Of a stretch of 64,000 nt of DNA, positions 45,657 through 54,864 are shown piece by piece. The position numbers were made by a program, and so were the translations under genes. Origin of the DNA: Spirochaetales bacterium (lineage in GTDB: Bacteria; Spirochaetota; Spirochaetia; JABEVK01); assembly GCA_037142615.1 (NCBI GenBank), contig JBAXAI010000001.1:128001-192000 (forward strand), written 5' to 3'. Positions within the stretch are counted from its first letter, which is position 1. Each line of letters opens with the position of its first letter. The notes beneath the pieces were generated by a model. The model did not search any database and had not been told where the DNA came from. It was given only the letters and a program-made list of their open reading frames with translations.

Positions 45657-46916
45657 ATGATCAAGACCATCAAAGATATCGATGTGAAGGGCAAGCGCAT
45701 CGCCATGCGCGTCGACTTCAACGTTCCCATGAAGGAAGGCAAGGTCCAGGACGATACCCGCATCACCGCGGCCATTCCCTCCATCCAATACCTGCTCGAG
45801 AAGGGCGCCAAGACCATCACCTTGTTTAGTCATCTCGGCGACCCGAAGAAAGACGCCAAGAAGGCCAGGGAAAAGGCTGAGAAGGACGGAAAGACCTTCG
45901 ACGAGGCCAAGTACATCGCCGGCAAGCACCGCCTGGCCCCCGTCGCTGAGTACCTGGCCGGCAAGCTCGGCAAACCCGTCGTCTTCGGCGGCGAAGATGG
46001 CTGCTTCGGCAAGAAGGCGTTCATCGAAGGCCAGAAGGACGGCACCGTCATCCTGCTCGAGAACACCCGCTTCCACAAAGAAGAAACCAGCGAAGACGCC
46101 AGCGAGCGCGACAAGCTGGCCAAGGAACTGGCCACCTACGGCGAGATCTTCGTCAACGACGCGTTCGGTACCGCCCACCGCGACCACGCGTCAACGGCGT
46201 CTATCGCCAAGTTTCTCAAGGTAAGTGTCGGCGGCTTCCTCATGGAAAAAGAAGTGGCCTACCTCGAGCCCATCGTTGTCGCCCCGGCAAAGCCCTTGGT
46301 GGCCATCATTGGCGGCGCGAAGGTCAGTTCCAAGATCGCTGTACTCGAAAGCCTGCTCAAGAACGCCTCGGCCCTTGTCATCGGGGGGGGCATGGCCTAC
46401 ACCTTCCTCAAAGCTCAGGGCCACACGGTCGGCAAGTCCCTGGTGGAAGACGATCAGCTTGATACTGCCAAGTCGATCCTTGCGGCTGCCAAAAAGCTGG
46501 GCGCCGAGATTGTACTGCCCGTTGACCACGTGTGCTCCGACAAGTTCGACGCGGCCGCCGTAGCCGTCAAGACCGACTCAGTTGACATTTCAGCCGACCT
46601 GATGGGCATGGATGTCGGTCCCAAAACAGTTGCCAAGTACAAAGAAGTGTTGGCAAAGGCCAAGACCATCGTCTGGAACGGTCCCGTTGGGGTATTTGAG
46701 TTCGCCAATTTCGCTGCCGGTACGGAAGCGGTGGCCAAACTGGTTGCTGAAGCCACCGGTCGGGGCGCCATCACGGTGGTGGGGGGCGGCGACTCCGTGG
46801 CTGCCGTCAACCAGTTCAAGCTGGCCGACAAGATGAGCCATGTGTCTACCGGCGGCGGTGCATCGCTGGAGCTCCTCGAGGGCAAGAAATTGCCTGGCAT
46901 CGAAGTTTGTAGGTAG
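45657..46916 (+). CDS. pgk: Phosphoglycerate kinase
   Basis: RVDFNVP, SHLGDP, LLENTRF, NDAFGTAHR, HVSTGGGASLE. Confidence 0.99.
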   Translation: MIKTIKDIDVKGKRIAMRVDFNVPMKEGKVQDDTRITAAIPSIQYLLEKGAKTITLFSHLGDPKKDAKKAREKAEKDGKTFDEAKYIAGKHRLAPVAEYLAGKLGKPVVFGGEDGCFGKKAFIEGQKDGTVILLENTRFHKEETSEDASERDKLAKELATYGEIFVNDAFGTAHRDHASTASIAKFLKVSVGGFLMEKEVAYLEPIVVAPAKPLVAIIGGAKVSSKIAVLESLLKNASALVIGGGMAYTFLKAQGHTVGKSLVEDDQLDTAKSILAAAKKLGAEIVLPVDHVCSDKFDAAAVAVKTDSVDISADLMGMDVGPKTVAKYKEVLAKAKTIVWNGPVGVFEFANFAAGTEAVAKLVAEATGRGAITVVGGGDSVAAVNQFKLADKMSHVSTGGGASLELLEGKKLPGIEVCR

Positions 46917-46974
46917 GCTCACAACGCGGCATCACCTCGTTCGCCGCTAATATACGACAATAGAAGGAATTAAC

Positions 46975-47730
46975 ATGGCACGACAGAAATTTTTGGCAGG
47001 GAACTGGAAACTTTGGGGGACGCAGATGGAGGCCAAGGCCTTGGTGGCTGCGCTTGTAGCTGGAGTCAAGGGCACGAAGAACCGCGTCTTGGTAGCGCCC
47101 CCGTATACGGCGATCGCGACTGTCAAGGAAATGGTGAAGGGCAGTCCTATTCTCGTGGGCGCCCAAGACTGTTCGGCCCTCGAAACGGGGGCCCGCACGG
47201 GCGAGATTTCGGTGGGCATGCTCAAGGAACTTGGGGTCGACGTGATCATCCTTGGCCACTCGGAGCGCCGGCAGTTCCACAACGAAACCGACAAACTGGT
47301 CAACGACAAGATCAAACTCGCGCTCAAACACGGCTTCGAGGTGATCTACTGCAACGGTGAAACTCTGTCAGAACGCGAAGCCGGCAAAGCCGCCGAAGTG
47401 GTGATCCGCCAGACGACCGAAGCGTTTGCCGGGTTGACCGAGGCCGACCTGGCTAAGGTGACGATTGCCTATGAACCTGTATGGGCAATCGGCACCGGCA
47501 AGACCGCTACACCGCAGGACGCCAATGCCATCCACGTTGTCATCCGCGACACCGTCGCCAAACTCTATACAAAGCGCACCGCCGATGCTATGATCATCCA
47601 GTACGGTGGGTCTGTGAAGCCTGACAACGTCAAGGAACTGATGGCCATGCCCGACATTGACGGTGCGTTGGTCGGGGGCGCTGCGCTGAAAGCGGAGACG
47701 TTCCTTCCCATCTGTACGTTCGACAAATAA
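46975..47730 (+). CDS. tpiA: Triosephosphate isomerase
   Basis: AGNWK, GHSERR, AYEPVWAIGTG, YGGSVKP, LVGGA. Confidence 0.99.
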   Translation: MARQKFLAGNWKLWGTQMEAKALVAALVAGVKGTKNRVLVAPPYTAIATVKEMVKGSPILVGAQDCSALETGARTGEISVGMLKELGVDVIILGHSERRQFHNETDKLVNDKIKLALKHGFEVIYCNGETLSEREAGKAAEVVIRQTTEAFAGLTEADLAKVTIAYEPVWAIGTGKTATPQDANAIHVVIRDTVAKLYTKRTADAMIIQYGGSVKPDNVKELMAMPDIDGALVGGAALKAETFLPICTFDK

Positions 47731-47746
47731 ATCCCGGGAGACTTTC

Positions 47747-48112
47747 GTGGACATTCTTCTGTATGTGTTGCTTGGATTCTTCATTCTTATGGCTGTGTTG
47801 CTAGTCTTGATGGTCTTGATACAAGACGAGCAGGGCGACGGTTTGGCTGGCATGTTCGGCGGCGGAAGCGCCTCGACTTTCGGCTCACGCGCCGGTAACG
47901 TGCTCACCCGCACGACCTCAATCCTTGGCGCGCTGTTCCTCATTTCGGCCTTCTTCCTGGCTTTCCTGTTCAAAACCCCGACGACGGGTGATGTGGCCGC
48001 CGCGGCACGTCAGGCTGGCGCGGGCAAGACGGAGTGGTGGAACGCCCAGCCGTCGGCACCGGCCGTCGAAACCCCCGTACCGGCACCTGCCGAAACCACG
48101 GGCACGAAGTAG
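47747..48112 (+). CDS. secG: Preprotein translocase subunit SecG
   Basis: Two TM helices with GLAGMFGGGS..FGSR..NVLTRTT linker; canonical position after tpiA. Confidence 0.93.
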   Translation: MDILLYVLLGFFILMAVLLVLMVLIQDEQGDGLAGMFGGGSASTFGSRAGNVLTRTTSILGALFLISAFFLAFLFKTPTTGDVAAAARQAGAGKTEWWNAQPSAPAVETPVPAPAETTGTK

Positions 48113-48130
48113 TTCTTCACGTAACCGGCT

Positions 48131-48167
48131 GACTTCTCCGGAGTTACTCTGGAGAAGTCTTTTTTTT
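48131..48167 (+). terminator. Intrinsic terminator after secG
   Basis: 13-bp stem GACTTCTCCGGAG/CTCTGGAGAAGTC followed by T8. Confidence 0.9.
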
Positions 48168-48177
48168 GGGGGGCTCC

Positions 48178-48615
48178 ATGGCGATGGTTCGAGTGGCAGT
48201 TGTGTATTTCAGCAAGTCGAAGTCTTCGCGCGTAAACGCCACGGCGACGGCGCTTGCAAAGGCGCTCGAGGCCCGAGGGGCACAGGTCGACCTTGTCAAC
48301 GGCTCTCAGACTCGAGATGCCAAGCTTACCGGTCATCATTTCCTTGCGATTGGGTGCGACGTCCTTGCTGCTTTTGGCGGCAAACTCCCCCCGGAACTCA
48401 AGGTGTTTCTGGCCAATTCGGGGCTGATTGCCGGTAAGAGAGCGCTGGCTTGGGTCACCTCGGCCCCTCTGGGCGCCAACAAGACTCTTTTGCAGCTTAT
48501 GAGGGCAATGGAGGCCGAGGGCTTGCTTCTTCGGACCTCCGAAATCTTCACCAAAGCCGATGAGGCTTCTCGGGTTGCTTCCCAGCTGAAAATCGACGGA
48601 TTGACCGTTTCTTGA
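48178..48615 (+). CDS. Flavodoxin-like fold hypothetical protein
   Basis: VAVVYFS..ATALAKALE..VDLV beta/alpha pattern; the FMN phosphate loop looks degenerate. Confidence 0.6.
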   Translation: MAMVRVAVVYFSKSKSSRVNATATALAKALEARGAQVDLVNGSQTRDAKLTGHHFLAIGCDVLAAFGGKLPPELKVFLANSGLIAGKRALAWVTSAPLGANKTLLQLMRAMEAEGLLLRTSEIFTKADEASRVASQLKIDGLTVS

Positions 48616-48645
48616 CAGGGCCGTGAGGCCCTGATACTGTTTTTT
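48612..48645 (+). promoter_or_regulatory. Sigma70-like promoter containing a hairpin
   Basis: TTGACA-17-TACTGT with extended TG; inverted repeat CAGGGCC-GTGA-GGCCCTG at 48616-48633. Confidence 0.6.
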
Positions 48646-48658
48646 GAAAGGCTGTTTC

Positions 48659-49696
48659 ATGAAGAAATCACTTCTGTCCGTTGCTGTTTTTCTGTTGGCG
48701 CTGGGACTCGGGGCTCAAGGGCTCGATCAGGCGGTCGCCAAAGTCACTCTCTACAAGACGACGGTGATTTCCCAGAAGACCTTTCGGGAACAGGTGGCCG
48801 CGTTGGAGTCTACCACCAAGTCAACTTTGACCGCCGACGACAAGGTGAAACTGCTCAACTCTTTGGTTCTCAACGAATTGATCAATCAGGATTCGGACAA
48901 AAAGGGGCTCAAGGCGAGCGACGAGGAAGTCTTGGCCCAGTTCCGATCGTCCAACCCCGGGGCCACCGACGCCCAGATCAAACAGGCGCTCGAGCAACAA
49001 TCCGGCGTGACCTGGGACAAAGCGGTTGTGTCGCTGAAGAAACAGATCGTCTTCTTGAAGTACCTTGGGGTCCTTTCCAAGGACAAACCCACGCCCAAAC
49101 TCGATGTGTCGGCCCAGGAAATCTCCGATTTTTACACCTCGAACAAGGCGCTGTTCGTCAGCCCCGACTACGTGCGGGTCTCGCACATTTTTTTCGACAC
49201 CAAGGTCAATCCCAAAGGTAGCCTGACAGATATCAAGAAGCGTGCCGACGACTCGTTGGCGAAGATCACTGCTGGCCAGTCAACCTTCGAGGAACTTGCC
49301 AACACGGTGTCGGAAGATGAGGGCTCGTCCAAGCTCAACGGTGACATGGGCTACATTCCCAGAACGCTGGAATCAGCCCTCGGCCAACAGTTAACCAACC
49401 TGTTTGGCAACGATTTCCTGAACGCGATCTTTGCTCTGAAGAAGGGCGAGGTTTCCAAGGTGCTGACGAGCAACTCAGGTTTGCACATCGTTCGGGTCAC
49501 CCAGAAGCTTGATCAGCACTTTCTGACCTTGGACGAGGCCGTCTACCCAGGCAAAAAGACCCCGACCGTCAAGGATACGATTTTGCAGACGCTTCAGCAG
49601 CGAAAAGTTTCGGCCTACCAGCAGCAACTCGTTACCGACGCGGGCGACGCCCTGAAGAAGCAGGCCAAAATCGATTTGTTCAAGCAGAATCTCTAG
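48659..49696 (+). CDS. SurA/PrsA-like parvulin peptidyl-prolyl isomerase
   Basis: Signal peptide; VRVSHIFF, FEELANTVSED, GDMGY, GLHIVRV. Confidence 0.88.
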   Translation: MKKSLLSVAVFLLALGLGAQGLDQAVAKVTLYKTTVISQKTFREQVAALESTTKSTLTADDKVKLLNSLVLNELINQDSDKKGLKASDEEVLAQFRSSNPGATDAQIKQALEQQSGVTWDKAVVSLKKQIVFLKYLGVLSKDKPTPKLDVSAQEISDFYTSNKALFVSPDYVRVSHIFFDTKVNPKGSLTDIKKRADDSLAKITAGQSTFEELANTVSEDEGSSKLNGDMGYIPRTLESALGQQLTNLFGNDFLNAIFALKKGEVSKVLTSNSGLHIVRVTQKLDQHFLTLDEAVYPGKKTPTVKDTILQTLQQRKVSAYQQQLVTDAGDALKKQAKIDLFKQNL

Positions 49697-49697
49697 C

Positions 49698-50117
49698 ATG
49701 GGATCGCGTCGTCAAGCCCGGATTCTGGCTTTCCAGAGCCTGTTTAGCCAGGACTTGAACCCTCAGTCGATCGAGAAGCTCCTGACGCTGGACTGGATGG
49801 AAGCGCAGGAGCGTCAGGATCTGGAGCCCGATGTGTTGTTCTTCACGAGGTTCTTGATTTCGGGCACCATCGAGCACTGGGACGAGCTCAACGTTGCGAT
49901 CGAAGGGCAACTCCGCAACTGGGACTTCAACCGGGTCGGCAAGGTTGATCTCGGCATCCTGCGGATTTCTGCCTTTCAGATGCTGTTCGTGAAGGATATT
50001 CCTGTGAAGGTCGTCATTGACGAGGCGATCGATATCGCAAAGCGTTTTGCCTCCGACGACTCCTACCGTTTCATCAATGGAGTGCTCGATGGCCTCCGGA
50101 AGGAAAAGGGCCTCTAG
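49698..50117 (+). CDS. nusB: Transcription antitermination factor NusB
   Basis: SRRQARILAFQ, VVIDEAIDIAKRF, FINGVLD. Confidence 0.96.
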   Translation: MGSRRQARILAFQSLFSQDLNPQSIEKLLTLDWMEAQERQDLEPDVLFFTRFLISGTIEHWDELNVAIEGQLRNWDFNRVGKVDLGILRISAFQMLFVKDIPVKVVIDEAIDIAKRFASDDSYRFINGVLDGLRKEKGL

Positions 50118-50123
50118 CATCCA

Positions 50124-51890
50124 ATGAAAGGTTTCCTGCGGGTATCAGCCTGGTTCCTCCTGCTTTCGTCCCTCGGGGCGGCAGGTTGGTGGGCTTGGCC
50201 GCTCGTCTTCCCCCCGGAGCGTCCGGGCCTCCTGTCCCGACTGGCAAAGGCGGATTCTGCCCTCCAGCAGGGCCGCGCTGACCTCGCACGCAAGGCCCTC
50301 GAACCGTGGCCCGAGGGTCTTTCCGCAGGCCAGTGGCTCCAGTGGGAAAAGCGGATTCACAGTATTGTCGTCAAGACCAAGGAGTGGGGTTGGGCCGCGT
50401 CCGCGGCGCATCTGGCCACCGCCCAGTTCCCTGGGAACACCGAACTGGCGGCATTTGAGACTTGGGTCTTGCTCAAGGCTGGTCGGGCGGGCGAGGCGCT
50501 AGGGGTGAGCGAAAAGTTGTTGGCAAAGACCGTTTGGGCACCGCTTCTCGGTCAGGCGCGCTTGGAGGCGGGATTGTTTGCCGCCAAACCAGGCGAACCG
50601 AGAGACTCGTCAAGCGACTGGCTGGCGTTGCGTCAGGCTCTGGCTACTTCCGAGGCCGCCGACCCAGAGTTGTATGGGAGGGTCTTGGAACTGGCTCCGG
50701 ACGACTTGCTCCGCAAGAACGCTCTTCTTGTGGCTCTCGCGCAGGGAAGGCTGGACCTCGCCCAGGGGTTTCTCGGGGCCCTGAGCCCGAGCGAGCGTGG
50801 TGTGCCTCCGTTTGACAAGTTGCAGGCCCTGATGGCCTATGACCAGGAAGACTGGGCTCGTTCGGCGGCCCTGCTACGCAACTTGGCCGTGAGCGACCCG
50901 ACTACCCATCAAGTTCTCGCCGACGTCTACCTGCACCTGGGTGAACTGGAACAAGCGCGCCTGATTTATGACCAGGTCCTTGCCGATTCGTCCCCCAGCG
51001 AAATTTTGCCGCCGTCTTTGTACCTCAATCGTGCGACCATCGCCCTGATTCAGAGTGACCCTGGCCTGGCTCTGGCGCTGCTCAACCGGGCACTCGTGAC
51101 GCGCAGTTCTGAGTCTGGGACCCCGCTCAACGCCATCCGGTTGCTTCTCCTCGAGGCCCGTCGTGATCTGGGCGAGGAGTCTGAGGTCCGAGCCCAACTC
51201 GACAAGGTGTTAGGCGATGGGCAAGAAACGCCATTCCAGCTGGAGGCCGAACTCCTCAAGTACCGTTTGTTCCCCGAAATGGAATCAGTGCCTCGGCTCT
51301 GGTCGCTCATGCATCGTCATCCCGACACGCCACCGCTCGTCGAGCGGCTTGTTTGGTCCCAGTTGATTGTCAAGGACTACCCGGCAGCACAGAAGGCACT
51401 CGACTTGTACCGGCAAAAGTCCAAGCCAGTCACGGAACTGCCTTGGTGGTGGTCGAGTTACCAGGGCCTTCTTCTGGCTCTCGACGGAGACCTTCAAGGG
51501 GCCGAGAAAACCTGGGAGGAAGTTCCCGCCGCGTGGAGGGACACGAGCTTCCATGCCAATTTGGCCCAAGTCCAAACCAGCCTTTCAAGGCGAGCCCCGG
51601 AGGATCAACGACAAGTGCTCCTCGAAAGGGCGCTCGACAATGACACCAAAGCTCTCGACCTCCTTCCCACCGGGAACGGCCGGCAGGATCTCATTCTCCG
51701 GTCCCAGCTCTTGGCTCACCGGGGGACGGTTTCCTGGTCGTTAGTCGCCTTCCAGAAACCTTCGCTTCGCCAGCGCTGGAAGGATCTCGCCCTTGACGAC
51801 CTGCGCAAGGCCTCGCAACTCGATGCCAACAATCTCCGCGCGGCCTTTCTGCTCAGACAGTCAGCTTCCGCCCTTCAGGAAGTTCCATGA
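50124..51890 (+). CDS. Membrane-anchored TPR-like hypothetical protein
   Basis: N-terminal TM; helical repeats (LADVYLHLGELEQARLIYDQVL); in operon context. Confidence 0.65.
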   Translation: MKGFLRVSAWFLLLSSLGAAGWWAWPLVFPPERPGLLSRLAKADSALQQGRADLARKALEPWPEGLSAGQWLQWEKRIHSIVVKTKEWGWAASAAHLATAQFPGNTELAAFETWVLLKAGRAGEALGVSEKLLAKTVWAPLLGQARLEAGLFAAKPGEPRDSSSDWLALRQALATSEAADPELYGRVLELAPDDLLRKNALLVALAQGRLDLAQGFLGALSPSERGVPPFDKLQALMAYDQEDWARSAALLRNLAVSDPTTHQVLADVYLHLGELEQARLIYDQVLADSSPSEILPPSLYLNRATIALIQSDPGLALALLNRALVTRSSESGTPLNAIRLLLLEARRDLGEESEVRAQLDKVLGDGQETPFQLEAELLKYRLFPEMESVPRLWSLMHRHPDTPPLVERLVWSQLIVKDYPAAQKALDLYRQKSKPVTELPWWWSSYQGLLLALDGDLQGAEKTWEEVPAAWRDTSFHANLAQVQTSLSRRAPEDQRQVLLERALDNDTKALDLLPTGNGRQDLILRSQLLAHRGTVSWSLVAFQKPSLRQRWKDLALDDLRKASQLDANNLRAAFLLRQSASALQEVP

Positions 51891-52636
51891 TCAAGCTCAA
51901 GAACAAGGATCAGATCGAACGCATCCGTGAATCCTGCCGTCTTCTCGCACGGATGTTCCGTGAGATCCGGCCGCTGGTGGTGGAGGGTGTGACCACGCTG
52001 GAACTAGACCGCTGGGCCGAGAACTACATTCGTCAGGCCGGCGGCAAGCCCGCCTTCAAGGGCTATATGGGTTTCCCGGGGACGCTCTGCACATCAATCA
52101 ACGAGGAAGTCATCCACGGTATTCCCAAGGACCGCAAGCTGAGAACCGGCGATCTGGTGAGCCTCGACTGCGGCATCGACCTCAGGGGCTACTTTAGCGA
52201 CATGGCGTTTACGATGCCTATTGGAGCCATCACCGAGGCAGAAAACGTTCTGCTTCAGGCGACACAGGCAAGTCTCGACGCTGCCGTTCGAGCCGTCCGC
52301 CACGGAGGGCGAATCCGCGACGTTGCCACCGCCGTGACCGAAATCATCAAGCCTCACCGTTTCGGGATCGTGCACCAATACTGCGGGCACGGCGTGGGTT
52401 TCAGTCAGCACGAAGAGCCGCAGGTGCCCAATGCCGTCTCGTTGGGAGCCAACCCCCGAATCGCGGCCGGAATGGTCTTGGCCATTGAACCAATGATCAA
52501 CCTGGGGAAGGCCGAGGTTCGCGTACTCAGCGACGACTGGACTGTGGTGACCGCTGACAAGAAAAAGTCGGCTCATTTTGAGCATACGGTGGCCGTCTGG
52601 GAAGACCGAATCGAAATCCTTACGCTCTCTGACTGA
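51887..52636 (+). CDS. map: Methionine aminopeptidase type I
   Basis: CTSINEEVIHGIP, GHGVG, HEEP, AIEPM, SAHFEHT. Confidence 0.97.
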   Translation: MIKLKNKDQIERIRESCRLLARMFREIRPLVVEGVTTLELDRWAENYIRQAGGKPAFKGYMGFPGTLCTSINEEVIHGIPKDRKLRTGDLVSLDCGIDLRGYFSDMAFTMPIGAITEAENVLLQATQASLDAAVRAVRHGGRIRDVATAVTEIIKPHRFGIVHQYCGHGVGFSQHEEPQVPNAVSLGANPRIAAGMVLAIEPMINLGKAEVRVLSDDWTVVTADKKKSAHFEHTVAVWEDRIEILTLSD

Positions 52637-52699
52637 AAGACCTGTAACCATCCACCTCGTGCGCGTTTTTTCTAGCAGACATTTTCAAGGAGATGCGCC

Positions 52700-54253
52700 A
52701 TGAGCATGAAGTCATTTTGGAGTTCCCGCAAGGTTCTCGTTTTCAATCTTGTCCTGGTCGGTATGACGGCCGGGTTTGCCCTCGCTGTGGGGGTCCTGGC
52801 GTTCAACGGAAGCTGGACACCCCAGAAGACCGTGTACGCCGAAGACAAGCCCATTGTCGTCCCCGCCAGCCTGTTCGACATGCAGAACACCTTCCGGTCG
52901 ATCGCCAAGAACGTTCTTCCCGGAGTGGTCGAGATCAAGACCGAAGCTGATGTGGTGAACAATCAGGTCAGCCCCCTTAACCCGAACAGCCAGCCGTTTG
53001 ACTTCTTTTTCGGTCCCAACGCCCCGGATCAGACGACTCCCCAAACACCGAGCCCATCGACACCAAATCAACCGGCCCCAAAGACCCAAAAGGCGCCCAA
53101 AGCGCAGAAATCGGAGGGCCTCGGCTCCGGCATCATGGTGGAACGTCAGGGTGACAAGATTTTCATTTTGACCAACAACCACGTGGTCGAAGGCGCCACC
53201 AAGATCATCGTCAAGCTTTCGGACCAGCGCGAGTACGACGCGACACTGGTGGGCACGGATGTCCGCCGTGACTTGGCCATGGTTTCCATCACCACCAAAG
53301 AAACCAACCTGACTTTGGTGAAACTCGGCGACTCGAGCGAGCTTCAGGTGGGCGACTGGGTGTTGGCGATCGGCAATCCCCTCGGTCTTGAGTTCACGCT
53401 GACCTCTGGAATCGTCAGCGCCCTGGGCCGTCAGGGTGGACCCGACGATACGGTCAACATCAACAACTACATCCAGACGGACGCCTCGATCAACCGCGGA
53501 AACTCCGGCGGCGCGTTGGTGAACCTGAAGGGTGAACTGGTCGGGATCAACACCTGGATCGCGTCCCCGAACGGTGCCAGCGTCGGGTTGGGCTTTGCGA
53601 TTCCCGTCAACAACGCCAAGAAGCCCATCAAGGACTTCATTTCGAAGGGTACAGTCCAATACGGTTGGCTCGGTGCGTCGGTGACCGATATCGACAAAGA
53701 CCAACTCAAGGACATGAAGATTCCCGTCTCCAAGGGCTCATTCATACCCCACGTGTTCCGCAGTTCGCCGGCCGACAAGTCGGGCATTCTACCCGGCGAC
53801 TTTGTTACCGCCATCAATGGCAAGGAAATCGCCGATACCAACGCGCTTGTCCAAACGGTGGGCGACCTGCCGGCCGGCCAGAGCGCCGAGTTCTCGATCA
53901 TCCGCGACGGTGTCGCCATCAAGAAGACCGTGACCATCGATCCCCGACCGAAGGAAGCCGACGTCAAGAACCTGCGCCTGTGGCCCGGTTTTGTCGTGTC
54001 GGTGCTGACGCCCGACCTTCGGGACCAGCTTGATATTGCTCCTGCCGCCGAGGGTTTGCTGGTGTCGCAGGTGGAAACCCGCTCGACCGCGGATATCGCT
54101 GGACTCAAGGCCGGTGACCTGCTCAAGGCCGTGAACGGAAAAACGGTGAAGTCTATCGGCGAGTTTTATCGTGCTATCAATGCGCAGAGCGGCGAGATCA
54201 AGCTGAATTTCTCCCGCGAAGGGGTTGAGTTAAGTATCGGCGTCTCCCGATAA
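52700..54253 (+). CDS. htrA: HtrA/DegP (Do) serine protease with two PDZ domains
   Basis: TNNHVV, DLA, QTDASINRGNSGG; N-terminal TM; Pro/Gln/Thr-rich linker. Confidence 0.95.
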   Translation: MSMKSFWSSRKVLVFNLVLVGMTAGFALAVGVLAFNGSWTPQKTVYAEDKPIVVPASLFDMQNTFRSIAKNVLPGVVEIKTEADVVNNQVSPLNPNSQPFDFFFGPNAPDQTTPQTPSPSTPNQPAPKTQKAPKAQKSEGLGSGIMVERQGDKIFILTNNHVVEGATKIIVKLSDQREYDATLVGTDVRRDLAMVSITTKETNLTLVKLGDSSELQVGDWVLAIGNPLGLEFTLTSGIVSALGRQGGPDDTVNINNYIQTDASINRGNSGGALVNLKGELVGINTWIASPNGASVGLGFAIPVNNAKKPIKDFISKGTVQYGWLGASVTDIDKDQLKDMKIPVSKGSFIPHVFRSSPADKSGILPGDFVTAINGKEIADTNALVQTVGDLPAGQSAEFSIIRDGVAIKKTVTIDPRPKEADVKNLRLWPGFVVSVLTPDLRDQLDIAPAAEGLLVSQVETRSTADIAGLKAGDLLKAVNGKTVKSIGEFYRAINAQSGEIKLNFSREGVELSIGVSR

Positions 54254-54261
54254 TAGGGGGT

Positions 54262-54864
54262 ATGAAGAAAGAGTTCATTCCCTACGAAGCTGTCCGAGAC
54301 AACGCGCTCAAGCTGGGCCGGGAAATCGCCCGGTCTGGCTTTGTGCCCGATGTCATCTACGTGTCGCTTCGCGGGGGCGCCTACTTGGGGAATATCCTTT
54401 CTGAGTACTTCAAGGTCCTGAGGAAGGGCCAGCGGCCGGTATTCTACGCGGCCGTGGTCGCTCATTCGTACACTGACATCCAACAACAGTCGTCGGTTCG
54501 AGTGGACGGCTGGACCTACGCTCCCGAGTACCTGCGTTCGGGAGACAAGGTACTTTTTGTCGATGACATTTTCGACAGCGGCCGAACGATCAATGCGCTG
54601 GTCAACATTATTCTGGAGCGCGGACTTCCCCGAAAGGATATCAAAGTGGCCGTGCACGACTTTAAGGAGTTTCGGGACTCGCCGAGTTTGCCGATTGTGC
54701 CTGACTTCTACTGCCGAAAGCATGACCTGCCGGATCGGGCCCACGATCTGTGGATCCATTACCTGAGTCACGAACTTGTCGGCCTGAGTGCCCAAGAGCG
54801 CCAAACCTACTACATCAAGGACGATCCGGAGATGGCTGAGGTCATGTCCGTATTCGACGTATGA
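54262..54864 (+). CDS. Type I phosphoribosyltransferase
   Basis: SLRGG and the PRPP-binding LFVDDIFDSGRT motif. Confidence 0.88.
   Translation: MKKEFIPYEAVRDNALKLGREIARSGFVPDVIYVSLRGGAYLGNILSEYFKVLRKGQRPVFYAAVVAHSYTDIQQQSSVRVDGWTYAPEYLRSGDKVLFVDDIFDSGRTINALVNIILERGLPRKDIKVAVHDFKEFRDSPSLPIVPDFYCRKHDLPDRAHDLWIHYLSHELVGLSAQERQTYYIKDDPEMAEVMSVFDV

Noticed and set aside
53020-53112. Pro/Gln/Thr/Lys-rich low-complexity stretch in htrA
   Set aside because: Ordinary disordered loop of HtrA proteases, not a DNA repeat element
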